From positions 1-48,192 of the forward strand of contig CAIPFZ010000009.1 of NCBI GenBank assembly GCA_903864515.1: a DNA stretch of 48,192 nucleotides. The letters are read 5' to 3'. Shown in pieces: positions 9,336-16,846 of the stretch. The notes under the pieces were generated by a model. The model was not told the DNA's origin. It did not search any database and saw only the letters and a list, made by a program, of their open reading frames with translations. Numbering within the stretch: the first letter of the stretch is position 1; each line of letters begins with the position of its first letter. Position numbers and translations under genes: made by a program. The DNA comes from an uncultured bacterium (GTDB taxonomy: Bacteria > Patescibacteriota > Minisyncoccia > Phycocordibacterales > CAIZLB01).

Positions 9336-10265
9336 TTACAATCTCCGCGATTCATCTGCAAATTTGTTTATCTCATCCCCCATTTCAACCCTCTTTGATT
9401 CATCCTTTTCCATAAAAAAATTTTTAATCATCTCATCTAATTTTTCACAGTTATCTCCCTTAAGAGATCCTAATAATGAAAGAACTTTCAATGAACCCTT
9501 TCCGAAAGATGATTCCACATCTTTTAATACAAGGATATTTGGTTCAAACAAACCACGTTCCAGGTCATCAACCACTTCTAATAGTGGTATATCTTTATCC
9601 TTCGATATTTTCAATAAAATTTGATCAAAAATTGGGCTATAGTTAAAATATGAATAAATTGGTCCCCTAATATCTTTTTTAGTTATACCAAAATCCCTTT
9701 CAAGAATACTTTGGTTTTTAGATAAAATTTTATAGACTGTAAAATCAGTCATAAATTCATTGAATCCAAGTAACTTACTTCCTTCTTTTGGTTCTTTCCA
9801 TGCGGACCTAATTCGATATCCGACTCTAGCGTCATGAATTCCTCCATCTTCTTTATTGCCATAAAATTTGGTTACCGAAGCACGATGTACTAACTCATGT
9901 AGTAAGGTTGAAAACTTTTGAGCCCCAGTCATAGAATCATTTCTTTCAAAATAGACCACATCAGATGTTGATAGAAAAAAAGCATTTCCTTGAAAATCTG
10001 GAAACATTCTTTTAAAGATCTCGCTGGAAAGAATATGAACTTTCTCCAAAGGGACATCATCATGTCCTTCAATACCAAGCGACTCAAGTTCTGATCGAAT
10101 AATTAAATTGATTGTATTAATCATTCTGACTTCCTCCTCACTCTTTTCTGATTCACCTTCTTCTTGTTTTAATGATTCGTCAGACCACCGATTAAGAGCT
10201 TTTTTTAAATTATCTTTTTCATTTTCATCATAATGACGACCTATAAATTCTGGATTTTCTTTCAT
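9336..10265 (-). CDS. gluzincin-like hypothetical metalloprotease (HExxH plus NEFxTD)
   Basis: LLHELVHRAS followed ~35 aa later by FNEFMTDF; start moved to ATG 10265 (Met21 of the tracked ORF) because TGCTTTAAT lies 6 nt upstream. Confidence 0.5.
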   Translation of the reverse strand: MKENPEFIGRHYDENEKDNLKKALNRWSDESLKQEEGESEKSEEEVRMINTINLIIRSELESLGIEGHDDVPLEKVHILSSEIFKRMFPDFQGNAFFLSTSDVVYFERNDSMTGAQKFSTLLHELVHRASVTKFYGNKEDGGIHDARVGYRIRSAWKEPKEGSKLLGFNEFMTDFTVYKILSKNQSILERDFGITKKDIRGPIYSYFNYSPIFDQILLKISKDKDIPLLEVVDDLERGLFEPNILVLKDVESSFGKGSLKVLSLLGSLKGDNCEKLDEMIKNFFMEKDESKRVEMGDEINKFADESRRL

Positions 10266-10271
10266 ACTGTA

Positions 10272-10280
10272 ATTAAAGCA
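10272..10280 (-). promoter_or_regulatory. extended -10 promoter box (TGCTTTAAT)
   Basis: 6 nt upstream of ATG 10265. Confidence 0.4.
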
Positions 10281-10350
10281 TTGATTTATAATATTTAAAA
10301 GTACATCAAAACTTAAATTAAACATGGAGTTTGAATCACACGCTACCCTA

Positions 10351-10460
10351 CCCTAAAATACGTTGAAAAATAAAGCTCTAAAATTTTACTGGGGATGTTT
10401 GAGTATTTCCGAACTGATGGGGATGTATCGGAGGGTTAAGGTGAGTATGGAGAAGATTAA
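10351..10460. repeat. intergenic repeat copy A (~110 bp)
   Basis: aligns with 12630..12738 in direct orientation, roughly 88% identity by eye; contains GGGGATGT twice and TGAGTAT twice. Confidence 0.8.
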
Positions 10461-10523
10461 CAATTTAAAATACTTAATACAAAATGCTCTGTAAAACATA
10501 TTTCTACAGTGAATTTATATTTA

Positions 10524-11285
10524 TTATTTATCAAAATCTATCTTAAGATAATCCATCAAATGATTATTAATATGATCTGGAAACATCCACCAAAATGACT
10601 CATCGTTATGTTCTTTGGCCTCTGGATATATTTTTACTATAATTGGCTCTATGCCATAATTTCGTTTAATTTTATCTATTACAGGCATAATACATTCTTT
10701 TGTAAACATATTTTCATATTCATCATAACTTTCAATAAAAAAGTTTTCAAATAAAATACCGTGAACCAAGAAATGTAGTAATAGAGTGTAATAATAATCT
10801 TTAGCGACACCTATCTTTCTCACCCATTCCGTCATATCTTGAATAGTTAAGTCTAAACCAGAAAATCGAACTAAATCTTTATAAAACAAAACTAAATTAC
10901 AACCATCGTTCAACAAAACAGATTCTATTAATTTGTTTTCATTTTCCTTTATATCACATATTTTTATGTTTCTATATTGTTTCCCTGTCTTCAGTTTTAA
11001 TTTACACAATCTTCTTTTGTCCTCATTGACTGAAGTAAATTTATCTCCTACATATTCCAAAAAAACTGGATCAGTACCTACATATTTAGAACAGGCCAGG
11101 AAAAAATATAAACTATTGTTTGGCACTACAAGAGTCCTCCACATGACAGAGATTGTTTTCTTTTTAAAGAAAGGTAGGAAATTTTCTCTCAAATCATTCT
11201 CTATTCTTTCAATAAGAATTTTGTCTTTCCGTCTTTTTTCGAGTTCCTTCTTTGCTTCATCTAAAGAATAATAATTAATACTCAT
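10524..11285 (-). CDS. hypothetical protein (253 aa), last gene of the SET operon
   Basis: intact ORF 9 nt downstream of the nucleotidyltransferase gene; no motif recognised. Confidence 0.55.
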   Translation of the reverse strand: MSINYYSLDEAKKELEKRRKDKILIERIENDLRENFLPFFKKKTISVMWRTLVVPNNSLYFFLACSKYVGTDPVFLEYVGDKFTSVNEDKRRLCKLKLKTGKQYRNIKICDIKENENKLIESVLLNDGCNLVLFYKDLVRFSGLDLTIQDMTEWVRKIGVAKDYYYTLLLHFLVHGILFENFFIESYDEYENMFTKECIMPVIDKIKRNYGIEPIIVKIYPEAKEHNDESFWWMFPDHINNHLMDYLKIDFDK

Positions 11286-11294
11286 AAAAATATC

Positions 11295-12044
11295 TTAAAA
11301 TTTACTTTTGTGTTTTTTACCAATCCACTCAAATGGTCTGTCTAAATCATATGGCTCTATTATTGTTGATACAATATTTCTATAAATTAAATATTTTGAT
11401 TTAACTTTATTATTTTTTAAAGAATAAAACTTATTCAACAATACATATAAATCATTATCAATTTCCTTAACAGAAGACATAATATTTTTAGGCTTACAAA
11501 ACCATTTGTTTTTTAAAGCATAAAATAACTCTAAAGAATTCCATATAGACTTATTCATCAAAGCTAAAGCACTAGCTTCATCTTTATCTATAATATCCTC
11601 AATATCCTGATTTTGATCCCATATAAGATATTTAGAGTAAAGAACATCTTCTTTGTTCATTAAACCAGGGCCTTTTTCAAATTTCTCAATAGCAATTTTC
11701 TTTAGTTTTCTTAGACAATTCGTTTTATCAAACATAACATAACCATACGCCACCATGTGCATATCTTGGTAATCTTTTTCTTTGAAAGACTTTTTTAAAT
11801 CATTTTCTGAATAGAAGAATATCTCAACAAAAACACCATTGATAGATAGCTGCTTTCTCTGCCAATATTTTTGGTTTGTTATTACAACAATATCTAAATC
11901 CGAATTTTTATCTGGTCTTTCAATAATAGAACCGCTTATTAATGCAGCATAGTTTCTTTTATTCAGAAGTAGTTCATTTCCTATTTCTATATAGGTTTTC
12001 AAATACTTTTCTTTTAGCTTTGTGGGTATTTCTAAATTATTCAT
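11295..12044 (-). CDS. Pol-beta-fold nucleotidyltransferase (ANT/KNTase-like)
   Basis: SGSIIERPDKNSDLDIVVI (G-S ... DxD signature) with helical C-terminal half; 8-nt overlap with the SET gene. Confidence 0.65.
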   Translation of the reverse strand: MNNLEIPTKLKEKYLKTYIEIGNELLLNKRNYAALISGSIIERPDKNSDLDIVVITNQKYWQRKQLSINGVFVEIFFYSENDLKKSFKEKDYQDMHMVAYGYVMFDKTNCLRKLKKIAIEKFEKGPGLMNKEDVLYSKYLIWDQNQDIEDIIDKDEASALALMNKSIWNSLELFYALKNKWFCKPKNIMSSVKEIDNDLYVLLNKFYSLKNNKVKSKYLIYRNIVSTIIEPYDLDRPFEWIGKKHKSKF

Positions 12045-12579
12045 TTTTAGTTATTTTTTTTCTGATGGTTGAGCAAAAATAATTACCATAGGATTTTTGC
12101 AAACTTTTATCCTTCCAGTCATTACCAGTTATGTTCACTCTACAACCAACCTGTCCACATAGACATTTCATCTTAAACTTAGGATTTGTGTACAAAAAAG
12201 AATAGCACATTAAGAATTCTTCACCTTTTTTAATACTTTTGATTGCTACATAGTTATCATCTTTGTCAAAACCCACGTTTGGTGCACAACTGTGATTCAT
12301 ATAATGTATATTCTTTACATGATTTATATTCTTAACAACAACTGCAAAATCTTCGGCTATTTCACAATAGTCTATGACCATTTTTTTTGTCTCTGTATCT
12401 AACTTCTTATACTCGTCAATAGGTATTATATAATTATCTTCAAACTCTTCGGCTCTTACAATAATCTCTCCTTTTTTGAAAGACTTCAGTGAAAACGCCC
12501 CGACTTCGCCACTGATAAGTTGCGAATGTTTTATCCTAATAAAGGCTCTTGTATAGTTACGATGGTTAAACTTTTCCAT
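12037..12579 (-). CDS. SET-domain protein (putative protein lysine methyltransferase)
   Basis: GEVGAFSLKSFKKGEII, hallmark NHSCAPN, GEEFLMCYSF and post-SET-like CLCGQVGC. Confidence 0.8.
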   Translation of the reverse strand: MEKFNHRNYTRAFIRIKHSQLISGEVGAFSLKSFKKGEIIVRAEEFEDNYIIPIDEYKKLDTETKKMVIDYCEIAEDFAVVVKNINHVKNIHYMNHSCAPNVGFDKDDNYVAIKSIKKGEEFLMCYSFLYTNPKFKMKCLCGQVGCRVNITGNDWKDKSLQKSYGNYFCSTIRKKITKNE

Positions 12580-12586
12580 AGTTAAA

Positions 12587-12595
12587 AGTATATCA
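12587..12595 (-). promoter_or_regulatory. extended -10 promoter box (TGATATACT), TTCGAA at -35 spacing
   Basis: 7 nt upstream of ATG 12579 (leaderless geometry); TTCGAA 16 nt further upstream. Confidence 0.5.
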
Positions 12596-12629
12596 CAACC
12601 GACACAAGTTCGAACCCCACATCACCCCA

Positions 12630-12738
12630 CCCAAAAGTACGTTGAAAAATAAGGCTTTAAAATTTGCTGGGGATGTTTGAGTATTTCCGAACTAGTGGGG
12701 ATGTATGGGAGGGTTCGGGTGAGTATGAGTAAGATTAA
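12630..12738. repeat. intergenic repeat copy B (~110 bp)
   Basis: direct repeat of 10351..10460. Confidence 0.8.
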
Positions 12739-12833
12739 TAGTATGTCGTATCTTAAGGTCTAGACAACATACACATACTCACCTCGAGTGACTCCAAGAG
12801 GGGGGTTCGAATCACTAAGAGGCAGAAAAAAAA

Positions 12834-13775
12834 TTAAATTGAATATCTCGTTGGTTGAACCATTGTTAATATATACCCTCTATCCTCACTTGTAGTCAAA
12901 AGCTCTGTTCTAAATCCAACATCTGAGAATAGTTTAGTTACAGCGTACTCAGTAAACTTAATTGACCTAGCCAGTAAAATACTTTCATCTTTCTCTAGTG
13001 TAAATTTTTCACTTGATACTTGAACTTCAATAGGATTAGTTATTTTCGCCCTCATTTCTATCTGGCTATATTTTTCATTCCAAGAAGCTTCAACTTCATA
13101 GTGGTCTACCTTTAAATATTTTAATGTGTGTGTTACTAGATTTTTAACATTATCACCTTCATAGTGAGGAATAATTTTTGAAACCTTTGTTAAGTTTGTA
13201 AGTTCAACTCCAACAATTAGATAATCTTTTGATGTCATCGAATCTCTAAAATTACTTAATACTCTGGTCAAATCAGAGTGATTGCCTAATGTACTTCCTA
13301 GAAAAATCATCAGGTTCACCGATCCATTTTGTTTGATGTCATACATAACATCCGAAAACTGCCCTAATTCAAAATCAATTTCTATCGGTTTCGATTCTAT
13401 ACCTTCAAATTTTTGAGAGATAGTTTTTGTTGATAATTCAAGCATATCTGAACTAATATCCATTGGAACGTACGTAACTTTTATATTTCTTGATAACAAT
13501 TCCTCAATAATTGGACAAGCTGGCGAACCGTTACCACAACCGATATCAACAAGATTGACACCTTTTGAAGTATTCAAAGTAGAGATAAAATCATTTATTC
13601 TCTTTTTCAACAAATTACCTTCCACAGAATTAATTCCCCCTCCCTCACTTCTGTCTTTAGCAATTTTATCCCATTTACCAGCACCCTCACCTAAATATGC
13701 AAACTTTAATGGAACTTCTCCACGTCCTTGAATCGCTGTTACTAATTCAGCTTCTTGTCTTTTTGTTAACTTCAT
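12834..13775 (-). CDS. SAM-dependent methyltransferase, EgtD-like (histidine-specific methyltransferase family)
   Basis: VDIGCGNGS SAM motif, YVPMDIS and FLGSTLGNH resembling EgtD FxGSxIGNF; no other ergothioneine genes nearby. Confidence 0.6.
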   Translation of the reverse strand: MKLTKRQEAELVTAIQGRGEVPLKFAYLGEGAGKWDKIAKDRSEGGGINSVEGNLLKKRINDFISTLNTSKGVNLVDIGCGNGSPACPIIEELLSRNIKVTYVPMDISSDMLELSTKTISQKFEGIESKPIEIDFELGQFSDVMYDIKQNGSVNLMIFLGSTLGNHSDLTRVLSNFRDSMTSKDYLIVGVELTNLTKVSKIIPHYEGDNVKNLVTHTLKYLKVDHYEVEASWNEKYSQIEMRAKITNPIEVQVSSEKFTLEKDESILLARSIKFTEYAVTKLFSDVGFRTELLTTSEDRGYILTMVQPTRYSI

Positions 13776-13784
13776 ATAAATAAA

Positions 13785-13793
13785 AGTATATCA
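13785..13793 (-). promoter_or_regulatory. extended -10 promoter box (TGATATACT), TTCGAA at -35 spacing
   Basis: 9 nt upstream of ATG 13775; GTGGGGTTCGAACTT block shared with the 12587 promoter region. Confidence 0.5.
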
Positions 13794-13888
13794 CACACAT
13801 ATAAAAGTTCGAACCCCACCTAGTAGGCGAGCCCGTGTAGATTTCGATGAACCGCCAAGTAGGTGATTCTACTGAATCGCGTCAAATT

Positions 13889-13951
13889 ACCTAAAAATAC
13901 GCTGAAAAATAAGTTCGTCAAAATTGTCCCTCGCGAAACTTAGAGTGATTT
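13889..13951. repeat. partial copy C of the intergenic repeat family
   Basis: CCTAAAAATACGCTGAAAAATAAG matches the start of copies A/B; its 3' part (GTCAAAATTGTCCCTCGCGAAACTTAGAGTGATTT) matches 14420..14453. Confidence 0.6.
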
Positions 13952-13966
13952 GTTTTTTAACAATGA

Positions 13967-14386
13967 CTATCGTTTTGTGTATGTTTTGACATAAACAAAC
14001 ATAGAAACAGTGATAAGAGTAAGGGCAATTAATGACAATAATGGAATGGTAATAAAACCAAAATATTCTATATATTTATTTGTACAGGAGACACCAGTAA
14101 CACACAACAAATTATTTCCAGAAAAAACATTGTAGTAAAGTATGTTGTGATAAATCGCAATAAACATTCCGGTAATACTAAGCGGTAAGACGTAGTAAGG
14201 GATATTTTGATCTTTTCTCAAAATACCCACCAGAAGAATTATAACGAGTGGATATACACAAACACGTTGATACCAGCATAAAACACAAGGTGCAAGCTTA
14301 AGGACTTCACTGAAATATAAACTTCCGAGTGTTGCAAATATGGCCACCGCCCATGCAAAATGCAATATATATTTCATGTTCCTCAT
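13967..14386 (-). CDS. disulfide bond formation protein (DsbB/BdbC family)
   Basis: 4-TM ORF with CVLCWYQR (CxxC-xxQR) and a second Cys pair CVTGVSC. Confidence 0.75.
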   Translation of the reverse strand: MRNMKYILHFAWAVAIFATLGSLYFSEVLKLAPCVLCWYQRVCVYPLVIILLVGILRKDQNIPYYVLPLSITGMFIAIYHNILYYNVFSGNNLLCVTGVSCTNKYIEYFGFITIPLLSLIALTLITVSMFVYVKTYTKR

Positions 14387-14395
14387 AGTAAATCT

Positions 14396-14404
14396 ATTAT
14401 ACCA
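14396..14404 (-). promoter_or_regulatory. extended -10 promoter box (TGGTATAAT)
   Basis: 9 nt upstream of ATG 14386. Confidence 0.45.
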
Positions 14405-14419
14405 TCTTTATATTGAGCC

Positions 14420-14453
14420 TCAAAAATTGTCCCTAGCGAGGCTTGGGATGATT
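14420..14453. repeat. partial copy D of the intergenic repeat family
   Basis: TCAAAAATTGTCCCTAGCGAGGCTTGGGATGATTT aligns with 13917..13951. Confidence 0.55.
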
Positions 14454-14469
14454 TAACTAATACTGATAC

Positions 14470-14560
14470 ACTTCGTGCGTAATAAAACATCTACGCAGAA
14501 ATCTGCTGATTTCTGCGCGATTTTTACGCTTAAAAATCGGCTGGCCCTACTACACGAAGT
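14470..14560. ncRNA. candidate structured element (three hairpins closed by an 8-bp helix)
   Basis: ACTTCGTG (14470-77) pairs with CACGAAGT (14553-60); inner hairpins CGTA/TACG, GCAGAAATC-tgct-GATTTCTGC (9 bp) and CGATTTTT-acgctt-AAAAATCG (8 bp); all Watson-Crick, so strand is undetermined. Confidence 0.3.
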
Positions 14561-14627
14561 TAGAACTCTTCTGATGCAGGGTAAGAGTAATTTCTATTAC
14601 TTTAGCCCTGATTTTACGAAGTAAAAA

Positions 14628-15911
14628 TTAATTAAAAACTTTTGATAATTCTTCCTTATTTTCAGTTAGCCATTTTTCAAGTGAAACTTTCCTTAATTTG
14701 ATTTCACTGTCTGTAGGCTTGATTTTGGTATCAAATTTACTTGATAATAATTTAATGTACTTATTTCCTCTTACCAGACTTATAACCAAGTCGTCTAAGA
14801 AAGACGTATTCTCATCCTTGTTAAACGTCTTTATAATATCGGTGGCAATAAACGCATATGCAGAAGCGTCTAGTAACGATAACTTTAAATAACCCTTATT
14901 AACCATCATTTCTCGCACCATCTCTTGCTGAGAAATATTGTCTTTATGCTTATAAAAAGCTTCTATCAACTCTACATCCTCGCTAATGTTTTTTTGCAAA
15001 AGTTCATATACAGGATATGATATTCTCTCATTTTTTACATCAATAAAGACATCTTCTAAGATTTTTTCACGAGTAGGGTTTTCATCGCCAGTTAAATCTA
15101 GTGCAAAATCCTGAATATCGTTAATTATCATTAAAAGCATCCCGTAACAAAAAGAAAACTTTTTTAATGTTTTTATAGTTTCTTCATTTTTGTTCTTGAT
15201 AAAGATGTCTGAAAAGGCCTCTGGATAAACTTCATTCATATAACCACTAAGCCCATAGGTTCGTTGCCACACAAATTTTTCAAGAGAAACAGCATTGATT
15301 TGAAAACTATCACCTAGCCACGCCTCCACTAAATTAAGCTCATTTTCTAATATTTTACCCTCCAATTCTTTTTCACTTACTAAATTTAGGGGTAATGATA
15401 CTTTTTTATTAAAGTTGTTATGAACATTTATTAGAGTATCAAACACCTGACCTATATTTATATTACTGTATATATTTCTGGTAAAAATCTTTAATTTTTC
15501 TTTTTGTATATCATCAAGTAAATCTGTATTATTAATAAAATTTGTATGGGTACTTTTTAATAATTCAGCTGTTTTAAACGCTACTTCTTTTTTATCTCCA
15601 ATATAACCAGCCTTTCCATCGGCTCCAACATTATAGCAATAGGCTTGAACCATAATTAATTCAAGAGAGGCACAGACAAAGTAAAAACTATCATCAATAG
15701 CGATGTCCAATTGTTTTGCTAGCAAATACATCAAATGGGCACGCGAGCTTGGTTTACTAGCAATTTTGTTTATTGCAAAACTCCTAATCATATCAGAAAC
15801 TTTTTCTTCTGCTGTATCAGCCTGTTTATTCAAGAAATCCTCCATAAAATGAAAGTAGTTTTTGTGTATTTCTTTCATTTCAAGAATCCTATTATTAGTT
15901 CTAGTCAACAT
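14628..15911 (-). CDS. trans-prenyl diphosphate synthase-like protein with degenerate Asp-rich motifs
   Basis: ASLELIMVQAYCYNVGADG where the first DDxxD is expected and IINDIQDFALD where GxxFQxxDDxxD is expected; start overlaps the idi stop. Confidence 0.45.
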   Translation of the reverse strand: MLTRTNNRILEMKEIHKNYFHFMEDFLNKQADTAEEKVSDMIRSFAINKIASKPSSRAHLMYLLAKQLDIAIDDSFYFVCASLELIMVQAYCYNVGADGKAGYIGDKKEVAFKTAELLKSTHTNFINNTDLLDDIQKEKLKIFTRNIYSNINIGQVFDTLINVHNNFNKKVSLPLNLVSEKELEGKILENELNLVEAWLGDSFQINAVSLEKFVWQRTYGLSGYMNEVYPEAFSDIFIKNKNEETIKTLKKFSFCYGMLLMIINDIQDFALDLTGDENPTREKILEDVFIDVKNERISYPVYELLQKNISEDVELIEAFYKHKDNISQQEMVREMMVNKGYLKLSLLDASAYAFIATDIIKTFNKDENTSFLDDLVISLVRGNKYIKLLSSKFDTKIKPTDSEIKLRKVSLEKWLTENKEELSKVFN

Positions 15912-16416
15912 AATCAATTATATTTTTATTATTTAAAATAATTTTAAACCATTCTGTATAAGAATTCGGATTCTGTTTTATATCTCTTTCTAACTCGTCT
16001 AATTTAATCCATTTGCATTCAGACACCTCTTGCTTGTTAGGGTAAATGTTACCATTATATTGACCAATATATACATAATCTAATTCATTTTCAATTAAAT
16101 TATTTTCTAAATTTACTTTATAGATAAATGAATATGCTAATTTTAATTCACAATCAAATCCAACCTCTTCTTTTAATCTTCTGTGTATGGCGTATTCAAT
16201 GCTTTCATTAAATTCAGGGTGGCTACAACAAGTATTAGACCATAAACCTCCAGAATGATACTTATTAACATTTCTTTTTTGCAACAATAATTCCTTGTTC
16301 TTATTAAAAACAAATACTGAAAAAGCCTCATGTAACTCACCTGTTCTATGAGCCTCCAGTTTCTCTATACTTCCAATTCTATTCCCCTTCTCGTCAACTA
16401 AGTTTATAGAATTCAT
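15901..16416 (-). CDS. idi: isopentenyl-diphosphate delta-isomerase, type 1
   Basis: LLLQKRNVNKYHSGGLWSNTCCSHP and RRLKEEVG match the type-1 IDI/Nudix-fold signature. Confidence 0.8.
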   Translation of the reverse strand: MNSINLVDEKGNRIGSIEKLEAHRTGELHEAFSVFVFNKNKELLLQKRNVNKYHSGGLWSNTCCSHPEFNESIEYAIHRRLKEEVGFDCELKLAYSFIYKVNLENNLIENELDYVYIGQYNGNIYPNKQEVSECKWIKLDELERDIKQNPNSYTEWFKIILNNKNIIDYVD

Positions 16417-16547
16417 TATAATTATATACTATCTTTTTTTATGCTTTTATTCAAGGTTCACCTTACCCCTCAAAATACAAATAAGAAGTTCTGACTTCCA
16501 AGACACCTATTGTAAAATAGGGCTTGAAATATGAATAAAATCACTAG

Positions 16548-16618
16548 CTGGGAGACTAGGAATCGAACCTAGATTAAAAGCTTCAAAGGCTTCTGTCCTA
16601 CCGTTAGACGATCTCCCA
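16548..16618 (-). tRNA. tRNA-Gln (anticodon UUG)
   Basis: hand-folded 71-nt cloverleaf: acceptor TGGGAGA/TCTCCCA with U1-A72 and G73, D stem GTCT/GGAC, anticodon arm GAAGC-CTTTGAA-GCTTT, T arm CTAGG-TTCGATT-CCTAG; CCA not encoded. Confidence 0.9.
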
Positions 16619-16801
16619 ATGTCCTATACTTTAATATGAAATTGACTATAAATCAAGGCTTTTAACTAAAATAACAAATATACTGGTTTTATACTCATAA
16701 ACTGCTATAATACTTTCATGTAACCTCTTAAGTGAGGTCCCGAGGAATCCATATTTAACATAGGATTCCGTTGAATTTGCATCCATCCATATCGAAGCCT
16801 A

Positions 16802-16829
16802 ATAAAGCCATCTGAAAAGACGGCTTTAT
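16802..16829. terminator. hairpin downstream of dnaX
   Basis: AAAGCC..TC-tgaaaa-GA..GGCTTT flanked by A/T runs on both sides. Confidence 0.4.
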
Positions 16830-16846
16830 TTAGTCTTACATCTCCC

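Noticed and set aside
12600-13825. tRNA-like GGTTCGAA(T/C)C fragments at ~12609, ~12803 and ~13808
   Set aside because: No T-stem complementarity or cloverleaf can be drawn around them. Two of them sit at the -35 spacing of extended -10 promoters (TTCGAA-N16/17-TATACT), which explains their conservation.
10351-14453. CRISPR array or diversity-generating retroelement TR/VR pair as the explanation for the intergenic repeats
   Set aside because: There are only two full copies, separated by 2.2 kb of genes, so there is no regular short spacer pattern. Mismatches between the copies are not adenine-specific. No reverse transcriptase or cas gene is in the window.
16725-16775. Possible SRP (4.5S) RNA because GAGGTCCCGAGGAATCC resembles the conserved AGGTCCGGAAGGAAGC helix-8 region
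   Set aside because: The GNRA tetraloop and the conserved AGCA/GGAA internal loops cannot be formed. The local hairpin (GGAATCC...GGATTCC) has a different geometry. It is left unannotated.
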